Of a stretch of 64,000 nucleotides of DNA, positions 49,699 to 61,898 are shown in pieces. Numbering within the stretch: the first letter of the stretch is position 1; each line of letters begins with the position of its first letter. This DNA comes from Convolutriloba macropyga. Lineage: Eukaryota. Under the pieces are notes generated by a model. It was not told the origin of the DNA, searched no databases, and worked only from the letters and a program-made list of their open reading frames with translations. Both the position numbers and the translations under genes were made by a program. The stretch spans positions 9,858,001-9,922,000 of the forward strand of contig NC_134482.1 of the NCBI RefSeq assembly GCF_964194025.1, given 5' to 3'.

Positions 49699-51452
49699 TT
49701 ACGACTCGAAGAGGAGTATTGGTTTTCTTAAGGTTTTTTTTTACCGGAAGTACTATTCGTTCAGTCGCTGTTTTGACCTAAAAGCGAAAGTGAGTAAAAT
49801 TGCCGTGTGAACTAATTTCTGAGCGAGAGAAGTTTTTTGATCATGCGCTGCGTTTATTCAATGACGTTTTGACTTTCAAAAGTAGTTTTTGACTGAATGG
49901 TACACATATATAACCGTTTTTTCGTCTAAGTGGCCCATTTTTTGCTTGTAATTTGGCTTTTTTTGTAGAAATAAATTTTAATTGATGCTACGTTGAAATG
50001 TAAACCCTGGAATTTGATAGAACAGTATTTTGCATAGCCTGAAATTACGTTTCAAGTTCGAAATTGGCACATATTTCTTGATTTTTTAGTTCATTTTTGG
50101 CTTTTTTTTCTATTAATTTCTTCATTTTTGGATCTTTTAGCTGTTTTTTGTCAAGAATCAGTTAATATGGCAACTTCCCTTTGATAATTCATATACTCAA
50201 TGCCTCTTTCTACCTCGATGTAATTTTGTTTCATAAAATTGTACATTTGCTAATCCGATTTTCGTGGTTTTTTGCCATTTTTTTCAGTTTTTTGTTTGTA
50301 TTTCGATTTTAATTACTAGAAATAGTATTTTGGGGAACACGAGGGACTTTAATATTGTTTCAAAAAAAATTCAATTGTTTTTTGGAGTTAAGTTTTTGAA
50401 AAAACAGAAATTTTTTTCATAAATGCAGTCTTAAATATTTTTTGACCACTTTTTTGCAAAATATTGGATTGTTTCATATGTTAGAATTCTGCTTTTTCTT
50501 GTTTTATTCTGTTCAGCAAGTTGGATTTTTGTCTCGAATGACTCATTGTATTTTCTATGTCTCGAATGCTGATCAATCAAATGTACTCGTTTTTCTTGAT
50601 TTTTTTTATTCTTATTTTTCAAAAATCAACAATTGGTCTTTTTGTTACAGTGTTCCTAACATTGTGTCCGTCTTCTTCACATTCTCGTTTGTATCATTCT
50701 GGCACCCATTTTTATATTCGTTATACTAATTGTTAAAAATTGAATGAATTCAGCTTTTTCTTAGATCTTGGTTTCTTCGGTTTGCAATTGATTCAAAATA
50801 AGGCAGTACTGGTAGTTTGCTAGAAAGTCTTTTCCGACATTTCTACTTATTACTATTCATTGCAATTTTCTTCCGGGCTTGGTATTGTTTTTAGACGATT
50901 TTTTGCCTTTGAATATTATTCTGTTGCTTTTGTTTTTTTATGATTAATTTAAATTTTGAATTAGTATGAAATCATGTTGTCTAGCATATATACAACAAGG
51001 AAGAATCATGTATTATATTTGTCTTAATTGCCGTGATTAGAAATCTAATTGTAGTTGTTCTCTGATTCTTAAGTTTGAGCACTCTTTTTTGAATAATTTT
51101 GACTTTCCTGTCTTTTTTGAAAAATTTTTATCTGCCGTTTGCTTTCGCGATCTTTTCGAGATTAGAATCATAAATTATCTGAGGGCAATTGATGGCCTTG
51201 TCAGCTTTGTGAGGCTATCAGACTTTTGAACATCTTAAAAATTTCAGACTTTTATAACGTTACCGAAGGCTTTCAATAATAAAATTTTTGCTGCGTTTTC
51301 TTTCTCTTGGTGACAGAGGTTTAAATTTCACCGATTTTTAGATCAGACACGGGGAGGTAATGAGTTAATGGTTTAATACAAAAAGTAATGGCTTCAGCTT
51401 TTTGTGAAGTTTTGGCGCTTCGAGTCGCTTCCGGAATTCTTCCGGCTATGTT
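49699..51452 (+). mobile_element. HINE-like family B copy (inverted relative to 20388-22180)
   Basis: TTACGACTCGAAG ... CTTCGAGTCGCTTCCGGAATTCTTCCGGCTATGTT. Confidence 0.8.
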
Positions 51453-53172
51453 TTTTTTTCAGGAAGTAGATTTGTTCACGCGGCATTTTGACCTAAAAGC
51501 GAAAGTGAGAAAAGCTGTCTTGGTGAACAGATTTTCGCTAAGCAAGAGAAGATCATGCGCTGCGTTTAGTGAATGAGTTTTTGACTTTGAAAAGTAGTTT
51601 TTGACTGAATTGCACAAATAGATGACCGTTTTTAGCCGTTTTTTCGTCTAAGTGGCCCAATTTTTTGCTTTTAATTTGGTTTCTTGTAGAAAAAAATTTT
51701 ATTCGATACTATATTGAAATGTCAACCTCGGAAATTGATACCACAGTGTTTTGCAGAGCCTGAAAATGTGTTTAAGTTGAAAATCGGCACATAATTCTTG
51801 ATTTTTTAGTTAATTTTTGGCTTTTTTAATATTAATTTCTTCATTTTTGGATTTTTTTAACCGTCTTTTTGTCAAAAATCAGTTTATATGGCAACTTCTC
51901 TTTGATGACTTCTATACTCAAAGCCTCTTTCTACCTCGATGTAATTTTGGTTCATAAAATTGTACATATGCTAATCCGATTTTGGTAGTTTTTTTCCGAT
52001 TTTCGTCAGTTTTTCCTTTGTATTTTTGTTGTTTTTTTTGTGCAACATGAAGGACTTTAATTTCATTTCAATAAAAATTCAATCATTTTTTGGCGTTAAG
52101 TTTTGAGAAAACAGTTAAAACTTTTTCATAAATGCAGTCTTAAAAGTTTTTTGACCATTATATCAATTTTTCGTACTTATGGGTTCTGCTTTTTCCTATT
52201 TTTTGTTCTCTTCAGGAGGATAGATCTTTGTATCGGATGACTAGTTATCTTTTCTATGTCTTGAATGCTGAACAATGAAATGTAATCGTTTTTCTTGAAT
52301 TTTTGAAATTGATTTTCAACTTTCAAAAATCAAGAATGTCTTTTTGTAACGGTGTTCCTTACAATGTGCCCATATTTACATTCTAGTCAGTATCATTCTA
52401 GCTTTGTCCTGGCACCTACATTTATTTTCGGTTTATTGATTTTTTTAGTTGTTAAAAATGAACGATTTCAGCTTTTTCTCAGATTTTTGTCATTTCTTTG
52501 GTTTGCAATTGATTTCATGCAAAATAAGGCAGTACTGGGCGTTTGATAGCAAGCTTTTCCAAAATTTCCACTTATGGCTAATTACTACAGCTTTATTCCG
52601 GCCTTGGTTTTAAACGATTCTTTGCCTTTGAATATTCTGCTGCTTATGTCTTTTCTATGATCAATTTTATTTTTGATTTAGTATGAAATCATGTTGTCTA
52701 GCTTATGTACAAGAAGGAACAGGTGTGTGATGTTTTTTGTCCTAATCGCTGTGATTAGAAGTGTAATCATAGGTGTTCTCTGACTGATTCTTAAATTTGA
52801 GCTTTTTTTGAAAAGATTTAACTTAGTTTCTAAGATAATTATCTGCCGTTTGCTTTCGCGATCTTTTTCAGATTAGAATCATGAATTATATGAGGGCTAT
52901 TGATAGCTTTGTCAGCTTTTTCAGACTATCACGTTTTTGACCGCCTCAATTATTTTGGATTTTTAACGTTTCCAAACGTTTTCTATAATATAAAATTTTG
53001 CTGCATTTTGTTTCTCTTGTTGACAGGGGTTTCACATTTGTTTTTAGAGCAGACCTGGGGAGATAGTGAGTCAATGGTTGATTAAAAAAGGTAGTGGCTT
53101 CTGTTGCAATTACGGTTTTGTTAGTGAACTTCTGACGCTTCGAGTCGCTTCCGGAATTCTTCCGGCTATGTT
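51453..53172 (+). mobile_element. HINE-like family B copy, head-to-tail with the previous one, first ~40 bp missing
   Basis: Reverse complement of 20388-22140 with high identity; ends in the same hairpin. Confidence 0.82.
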
Positions 53173-55344
53173 TTTTATTTCGTCATGATTTTTGTTACGA
53201 CCATATGACGTCACAGCCACTTTTTGTTCATTCTTTCATGCAATTTCAACTGAATTGCATGTGTGACGTCAGTTTTCGCTCTTAGTGGAGCGAGTTTTTT
53301 GTTCATGCGCGTGATTAAATTTGTGGTCACACTTGACTTACCTCACTCTCAAAAATGACTTCCTCAATTTGAAATTGACTTTTATTTACTTTAATTCAAA
53401 GAGATAAGGTCAAATGGGTGTGTGTCACTCTAAATGAAGGTTATTTGAGATCAGCTAATAGAGGCAGCAATAACTTATACAGATTTTTAATCAAAATATA
53501 ACAGATCAGCCTTCGATGAAAAGACAAATTTTTTGGTCTGTCTTTTTTACTGTTTTTTTAGACTGCCGATCTACGAATCTATTGCGGCTATTTTCTGGCA
53601 ATCTGCCAGCTTTGTTTTTCAAATTTTCATTTAAAAAATAAGGATTCTCAACGTTATATGGATCAAAAACGTCAGCCTAAATAATTTTATACAATGTCTG
53701 ATTAAAAATATACGAACACTTGCAAAAAAAGTTAAGTGACAACATAACACCAAGTATCACATGCAGGCAACGATCAAAAAGGAAAAATCTTGCAATCAGA
53801 TGGTGGCCAAGCCAACAAGTTAAATAGCTATAAACTAGAACTGTTCAACAAAATCCAACAGGCATATCTAGTTGAGAGCAAATGAGACTAGGAGGCTGAA
53901 TAACGAAAAATTAACTAAAAACCGGCGAAAACAAGATCGAAGTTTTTTTTAAAAAAAAAACATTGAGATATGAATGGAAACGAAGAAATAAATTGAGACA
54001 TGACTCATTAGAGAGCTAATGTGACAAGTCTTTGCTCAGACTAAGTGAAAAGACAGTGAAAACAATTACGTTAACGGCAAAATGCCAAAACTCGAATAGT
54101 TTTTGAAAATAAATGGTGTCAAAGTTCGCAAATCTGTTAGATTTGAATTTTCAATCAAACGAAAAGGGGTGATGTGCAAAAAACAACACCTAACTGTTTC
54201 GCAAAAAAGTGTCAAAATAGCGTCAAAGTCGATAAAACAGTTCTAAATGAATGGAAACACTCCAATTAAATGAAAAAGCAAAATACAAAAACTGAAATAG
54301 TCCTCAGACAGCCAATGAGTCCTTTCATTAGCGCGACTAAGTTAGCAAACAACTGAAACAACTTTGAAAACGGGCAAAATTACCTGCATTAAATAAAAAC
54401 AAATGAAATACTCGTTACAGACGTTAGATTCGAGCCTGAATAATTTAAAAAACTCAATTATGTTTCAATAGAGATCCCATGAGACCCCTCAAAATTAGGA
54501 CTATGTGACAAAACAACAAAAATAGTCAAAATACAAACATAAACCGACTAACGTACGACGAATTGCTCCAAAACAGCACAGGGGGTAATTTAATTTAGGA
54601 GTGTAGCATAGCAACTTTTCATGGGTACAAGAGGTCTCGACCTTCAGGACTGAAGTCTTACATCTTAACCACTAAGATATAACGTCTTGGATACTCATTC
54701 CCTTAATTAAAACTTATCGAAAAAACTTTTTTGGGTATGAGAGCAATTGAGATTGCAAAAATTAAGAACTCAAACGTAAAAAAAATCACTAGAAAGCGAG
54801 GAATTTTTCACTTTCTAAAGCATAAAAAACGATCAAGCAAAAAAATTTTAGTATCTTTTTTCAAGGATGCGTATAACATTTTCTAATTTTGGTTGAAGAA
54901 AAAAGGCCAGACTAGCATACACCTGCCCTACACTCAAAAAAGTTTGAAAAAGTTACGCGCCAAAAGTTTACTAAAAACAAATAAATACCATGAATTCCCA
55001 TCATACAGCCACCAGCTCAGCGGTCACATAACGGGTAGCCTCCATCAATCATTGTAATCATAATACAATAGCGACTATAAATTCCTGGAGGGCGGTGGGG
55101 TGCTATAAAACCTCAATAAACACTGATTGCAACCAAAACACGCCTATACATTGCATAAGCGTGAGGAAAAAACCGCAAAATACAATTACTTCATAACTTA
55201 TGTGCCCAGAACAATTTGCGCCAATATAGTGTCAATGGGAAGCGATTTGAAAAGTACGCACTTGAGAAAAAAATATTTCAGTTTCAACAAAATTTTTTGC
55301 TACTTCTCTCGCTCGCTCTCTCGAAACAAACAATGAACAAACAT

Positions 55345-55744
55345 AACCGACTAACGTCGGCACGAATAGTTCTCAAACGAACGGCTGGCTTCATCATAAG
55401 CTAGCTACGGTTTGGTGAGGCTAGCTTTAGCTTAATTGAAAGGGTGTGAGATGAGCTCAGCCGGCGGGGGGTGCATCGGGGGTGGGGGTTGTGGGGTCAA
55501 CCTCTAAGAACCGCCCTTCACACCATAAGTATAAGTCTCCAAAACACTCTGTGGAACACATACTTTAAGACTAGTGAGCTGGAAGGCTCTAAGAGAACTT
55601 AATGCCCGCTGGGCGCTACCTGTTTATCCCGTTTTTGAGGACGAAAAGTCAAATGGGTCAGACATAAAATCGCTCAAGCGAAAAATCGCATAAAGACCAA
55701 CAAGACTAATATAATTGCTACAAACTTCGTTTGAGAGCAATTAA
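55345..55744 (-). mobile_element. HINE/DINE-1-like element, family A (complete copy)
   Basis: CCGACTAACGTCGG hairpin, subTIRs, G-rich variable core, TTTATCCCGTTT, terminal TCGTTTGAGAGCAATTAA. Confidence 0.8.
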
Positions 55745-56727
55745 AAAGCACTCTCATTTTCTTTTGGCTTTTCTTTGAAAGATTGACTGAAAACTTCTTT
55801 CACGTGCGGCATTGGCGTTTACTTCCTGATTCACTGACATCATTTGTTCAAAAAACCAAAGATCATCATGACTCCCCTTCGTTGTGAAAAGACAGTGCCT
55901 GAAAACAATTTAAATCTTTTGAATTGTAAAAACCAAGAGCAAACCAATAATAGCTACGCTCAGCTATTCCAGTTGTAGGTAAAATTGTAAAATCTTCAAT
56001 AATATTCAGAAGTCACACGATTTTCGCGAGGAAGAGAAGGATAAGTATATCTAGTCAAATTAAGAACTAAATTTGAGTTTCATTTGAGGAAAATACGTGA
56101 AGTAAATACTTTGGGTATTTATGTCTGCAAAGTTCCTAACATTTTCAAAGTGTTCCATAAAGTTGCTCAGCATACGATTTCAATTTCAGGTGAACGATAA
56201 AGTGTAACTGAGTAGTGACAATTTTTCAAAAATTTTTTGTCCATTTTGTTGGTTTCTTTAAAGTCAATTCATGAATGAGCAATTCGTAACATGCTTTGCT
56301 ATTAGGTTCTGTTGCATTTTCATCAACGGTTAAAATGACGACGAATTTACGTCAATATTTCGTCATAAACTCTTATTGGGAAGAGAAAACATTCTTATTG
56401 TGGATAATTAATCTTTAATTTGTTTGTAGCAATCAACGCATCACATTTTTGGTATTAATTCGATTATTTCAAAATTTCGTCAGTTCAAAATTACGAGTTA
56501 TCGTTTAACTATGATCCAATTCAAGTTGCAAAATCGGCAGCAAGTTAAACGAAGAACTTAGTCTGATGTGTGCATCCCAGTGGCGGCCTTCGAAGCGCCA
56601 TACTTTTTCCACCTCCAGATTCCATAGCTTGAGCAGTATTTCTGCGGACTCCTAGATAGCCAATCTTCTGAACTCAATTATCGAGGGAAAGCTAGACTTA
56701 TTTTCAAAATTGACAGTTTGACTGCTA

Positions 56728-57117
56728 TCAACAGGCCGAGTTCTTTCGCTTTAATAAATTTTCAGCTCGTTTTCGCTCTTTTTCTTCTCTCGCTAATCTT
56801 TCCTTTCTGAGCTGTTCTAATTTTGACTTTTTGCTGTCCGATTGTTTATCATTGTCGTAACTAGAATCAGAATCTGACGAATATTGTCGTGATCTATGTC
56901 GTTGCTTCTTCTTATCTTTTTTCTTTTTCTTCTTATCTACTTTCATATCGACAGAAGATTTCTTGTGCGAGTTATTTAGAGCTTCATATGCCAATTCAGC
57001 TGAATATTTGTCCGATTTAGTGTAATCAGATTTGCCATGATCATCTCGCTTCACTTTCATGGCAAATGCATTCATTGGATCTTCGCTACTTTTCCGCTTC
57101 AAATCTTTCTGTTGTTT
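56728..57117 (-). CDS. LENG1: LENG1-like exon 3
   Basis: tttcag|[29 protein letters not shown]. Confidence 0.85.
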   Translation of the reverse strand, partial: KQQKDLKRKSSEDPMNAFAMKVKRDDHGKSDYTKSDKYSAELAYEALNNSHKKSSVDMKVDKKKKKKDKKKQRHRSRQYSSDSDSSYDNDKQSDSKKSKLEQLRKERLAREEKERKRAENLLKRKNSAC

Positions 57118-60100
57118 CTGAAACAAATGAAGACGGTAGATTAAAATCCTTATTAGGGTTAATACAATTCTTAGCAAACAACTAATACCAAGAATGATAT
57201 TTTACTTCTCATGCCCAATAAGCAACTACTTAATAACTGCACTGTTTCAGAGACAAGTAGCTTTGAATCACAAACTCAACAATCATGCTCTAGACATGCA
57301 AGGGCCATAATTGGTAATTGAGGCCCAGAATAATTTGGGCACTGGAGAATAATACAAACAATCAACTTTTACTACCACCAGCTGATTATGGAGAAATATT
57401 TTTTACACATCGCGAAACTGTTAAAACATAGCTGACAGATAGCCAGAAATTAACCGCAATAGCTTTGTAGATCAGCAGTCTCAACAAGATAATAAAAGAA
57501 ACAGACAAGCAAATTCTCTTTATTAAATGGTGAGATGTTCGATTTTGATTAATAATCTGTTTAACTTATAGCTGCTTCTACTAGCAGCTCTCAAAGAACA
57601 ATCAATTATATTGACACACTCATTTGACCTTATCTCTTTGAATTAGAGTCAATTTCAGAGCAAGAAAAGAGTCAAGAAAAGTCAAATTTCAGAGCGAGGA
57701 AGTCAATTCTATTTTTGAGAGTGAGGTAAGTAACGTCTGACCAAAAACTTCGAACTTTTATTGACTAAACACAAAATTTGACCAGGAATGAACAACGAAC
57801 GGATTGGGAAAACCATTTAGAAAAAATCCAATTACGACAATAAAAAACAGTAAAAATCAAATGTCACAATGCTATTTATGGACAAAAAAAAACCACCAGA
57901 GATAAAGCGAATTTTTGTTTACACACCGTTTCTCACTTCATTTTGAAATTAGGGCGACAAAATTTTACGCCGCAAAACTACTCGCTTTCTCGCTCCATTT
58001 CTTGTTTCGGCGTAACCAAAACCATCACTTTCAGATCTCAAACAGACAGCTCCCGAACACAGTTGCAATTCGTTGAATTGCAAAAAACAGAAGGCCAGTA
58101 AGAGTCCCAGCTATCGCAATCACAAAAATTGTGACATGAATCTGGCAAATATTGTTGACGTTACTTATAAAGTAAACTCGTATATCTTTATTTCTCATCT
58201 TGACCTTTTAAGACTATAACCACACTTTTTTGATTCCGTAAAAGCTTATAAAAATCAAAAAATCAGAAAAACTAAGAAATCAAAAGAAAAATTAATTTAT
58301 GCGTACTAACTTTATCGGCGGCCATTTCTTCAACCATCTTCATTTTTGGTTCACTCGAAGACCCCTTGTTAGATCCAAAAAGCCAATGACTAGCGGCCTC
58401 TTCTGACTTGTCGTTCAGACCAACAGAAATGCCAACTTTCCTTGCCCATTTTTCAGTTTCATCTTTCTGCTCTTTCTCCCTATGTGTCGCTTTGTTCTTC
58501 TCGCTATTGTCAAAGTCACGGTCCCAAAACAGGTTAAGATGACCACCCTCTAAAACATTGATCTCTCAAATGACGGGTGAGAGTCTAATTGAAACTTTGG
58601 CTCAATGAAGCCAGTCGGATCTTTTCCGTTTCTGCCCCCGTACGTTATGCAACTCATGATTACATATATATGGTTTGACTTGATGGCAGAAAATTCAATT
58701 TTTGTAGCTTGTTTCATATAGGCAGGATCAATTTCAATAGACGTTAGTTTATTGAAAATGAACCACTCCCTCTTGCTGAATATCGCTCGATTTTCGTTTT
58801 GTACAGTGGTTCTTTAAAAGAGCAATTTTAACAGTTCCAGTTGTTCTCGCTGATTTGTTGAAACTGAAGATATTGTTACAGAATGATTGCGAGTGATTAC
58901 TCGTGATTTCTCGCAATACAAACTTCAAAACCTCATAAATATGCAAATCAAGCAGTTAAACTATTCTTCCCACTCATCAAACTTTTAAGATTTTCTTTTG
59001 TGATATATAGATTGCTTTAAGCGAAAAAACTGCAACAACAATATACTAATGCAGCATACTGGATGATACTATTAATAATTGTGCTAAAGTAGTCGATCCA
59101 TTGTTTTCGAGGAACAAAGTGTCTCAGCTTTGCGACCATACCACACTGTTTAGATAATTCTTTTACTCACATATTTAAAGTCGCTACGAAAAGAAAGCTT
59201 AGAATGTAATCTTACACCGATATATTTACATTCCGGTTGAACATTTAATATTTGTTGGGAGTTAAATAGCTTAGGCGATTCCGTTTTTATATTCCCTTGC
59301 ACCGTCTTTCTCCGATTTAAAACCGATTTGTTATTTTCAAACAATCATTAACACTGTTCAGATCAATTTAAATGTCTTCCTGTGAACAGCCTATTGCCTT
59401 TTTATTTGCATCATTAGCAAAAAGTATAAAAACATACCCGGCAGATTGCCGGAAAATAGCCGCCGTTGATTCCCATAACTCTATTGGGATTGGAAGAAAA
59501 GAAAATATCAACAAAAATTGATTTTTGTATAAAAACATTTTTAAGTGAGATTTATTTTGATGTCATTTCGTAATTGAACATACTCCTGTCTCTCAGTGAG
59601 AGGCTACAGGGTCTAGTATCAATACCAATAAGCATTATAGATAGTAACTAAAACTTATGAGAACAAAATTCAAGTACCGGGCGTCTAAAAATGAGCTTTA
59701 TGGGTTTATCCCGTTTCTATTTCTGACTTTGATTTTTTTTATACTGACTCTCTTCATTTTGAATTGTTTTGCTGAGCAGCTGCTGTTTAGAAGGACTTTG
59801 AGCAGAATGACAGAAGAGTGAAACTAGCCTAGAGAAGTCAAATAGATTTCACGCAAAATGAAAAAGCGGCGAAATGGGTAAAGCGAAAAAAAAGTTCGAC
59901 GAAGTAAAAAAAAAATAGGAGCGCTATAATAGCCGGCTGAGAAGATGAGGGCGGCTATTAATTAACATTATTGGTAGTAAATTTAACTCATTAAGTTGAT
60001 CTTTTGTTAAAAACTTAATCTTGGAAGTAGTAGTTGTGGTTTCAGATCAATCCATTGGGTTTTCAGATCATATAGCAAGTCCACACTTAATTCAAGTTTA

Positions 60101-60464
60101 GTTTTGCCACTTATCTTCCGAGAAGCCGATTTTCATTCCAAGTTAGATTTGACAATAATTCAAACCCCAAGATCGCGCTGAGTACTAACTCCTTTAAAAG
60201 GTGATTATCGATTGACGTGCTGATAAATTAGCCACCCCAGTTCTGAGTCTCACAGCGAATTAATACCTGAAACCCACCTTTTGCTGATAAATTATCCAGC
60301 TTAGGTCCGCCGCCCAGTCTAGCACGAAGCGCTTCTGCCTCTGCTTTTGCATGTCTCCGCTCTATTTCAAGCTTTTTCTCCTCAGCTTCCGCTTCATCAC
60401 GGCGCACCTTTTCAACGTTTTCTTTTCGTCTGACGTGCCAACTTTTCTGCGGTAAGATATTCAT
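56728..60464 (-). CDS. LENG1: LENG1-like protein (CIR N-terminal domain), 3 coding exons, ~271 aa
   Basis: join(60464-60278,58549-58311,57117-56728). [27 protein letters not shown]; GHLNLF; KRKSSEDPM; [23 protein letters not shown]. Exon 1 donor could alternatively be at 60267. Confidence 0.88.
58311..58549 (-). CDS. LENG1: LENG1-like exon 2
   Basis: ttttag|(E)[27 protein letters not shown]|gttagt. Confidence 0.82.
58620..59430 (-). mobile_element. LINE (CR1/L2-group) RT 3' fragment in LENG1 intron 1
   Basis: ILFAND (FADD-like), [32 protein letters not shown]. Confidence 0.75.
59431..59962 (-). mobile_element. HINE-like family C (best complete copy)
   Basis: CCGGCA-GAT-TGCCGG hairpin + AATAGCCGCC subTIR ... 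TTTATCCCGTTT ... ATAATAGCCG..GGCGGCTATTAA. Confidence 0.78.
60025..60215 (-). mobile_element. Short LINE remnant
   Basis: Frameshifted TQRDLGV..SNLTW-like motif; 3' end CTGAAACCACAA(CTA)n. Confidence 0.5.
60278..60464 (-). CDS. LENG1: LENG1-like exon 1
   Basis: [11 protein letters not shown]..; donor AAAG|gtgggt (phase 1). Confidence 0.88.
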
Positions 60465-61898
60465 CTCAATCTGTAATAGAAATTCCCTTAATTATATGCA
60501 GAGCAAAATTTGGCCGGAACTGAAAAGTATATGCGTCTTTCCAATTATCCCCCCTCCCAGCTTAACGGTCTTTAACTATAACTGGGACTACAGTCAGAAA
60601 GCTCAAAGAATACCACCGGTATCTCTAGCAGCATGTGATGATGTACTCCCATTAATGTTTGCGGTTCTTCGGCTAAACTTCTAGCTGTTCAACTTCATGT
60701 TTAATTCAGCCACGTTATTGTTGTTGTGGTTTCGAGACTTCCGTCGCAGGGTTATTAGTCCCAGTCATCAAGTTTTAAAATATTGTCCACTTATTTCTAC
60801 AGAGAAGACAATCACAGAACATTTGCCATGTGCAGAGGGTTCTCTTGATGTTTTTGTTGTAGCTGTCCCACAGAGCTGCAATTCGCAGGCAATATTGGCG
60901 GGATACAGGTGCTTATTGCCGTTTTTAATTGGTACCCTAGGTGCATTTGTATCATAATAAAAATGGATAAATTAGTAGAAGTGTGTGACTGCCTTTCAGA
61001 CGTTCTTTTCAGAGTAACTTTCGTTAGCGAACCGCCATATGATTACTATTATTCTATTTTTCAGTCCAGCTTCGTTCTCAAATTCAACGTATTTATCCAC
61101 TCTATTTACATGTCGACAATTTTTGAAGACAAAATCACCTCGAACTTTTTCGGTACATTTTTTATCGAGCATAAAGATGACATTCTTCCTTCCTTTTTTG
61201 CACTTGCTGCTAGCTCAATGCAGTTCGAGCCTTCGTTCATCATCTTTGACAGAAGCAAGAGATTGTTTAGTTATTGAAATGCGTGAACGTCCTCAGCTTC
61301 GGTAATTAGTAACAGAAATTAAAACCCAGTTAGTCTAATTCTAAATTTAAAAACGAACCTTTTTGCTATCACTAGCATCGTCAGGTTTTCAACTTCACTT
61401 AAGGAGTGTTACTAGTTCAAATACAAAAATTTGACTTTTGAAATTCAAAAAATATTGGTACATGATCAACCCCAAAGAGTAAAAAAAAAGATAGGGATGA
61501 AAGTAAAAATCCCTTATCAGGAATAGAAAGCATTATACCTGGGATATTCATAAAACCCGAAATAAAAAATGATTTGATTTTAGTGTAATAAGTGTAAATA
61601 AAATAATGTAAATGTAATTTTAACTGTAAATAATTTCAAAATTTCGATGTTACTTTAACTCATTTCTTAGAATTATAGTCAAAGACAAGGTTATATACTT
61701 TGTAAATGATTTCATTTAATTTTTTAAACCTTGCGATGAACGCAGTGTTCGGAAACGTTCGTTTTAGTTAATCAATATAAGTTTTAATTGACAATTACTT
61801 CTCTGCATCTTTAATCATTGTCAGTTTAATCTTTAACGAGCCCAGAAAAGGCGAGAGAATGTGAAATTTTAGTAATTTTGTGAAAATATACAGACAGG

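Noticed and set aside
20388-53172. Giant composite DNA transposon carrying STAMBP and ALP
   Set aside because: No transposase and no TSD; the inverted repeats are members of a dispersed family with other copies inside the interval
54625-54690. tRNA-like sequence on the minus strand
   Set aside because: Only a degenerate A-box/D-arm; probably an old SINE head, too weak to call
60496-61305. Divergent gene upstream of LENG1
   Set aside because: Short overlapping ORFs without recognisable motifs or a consistent exon chain
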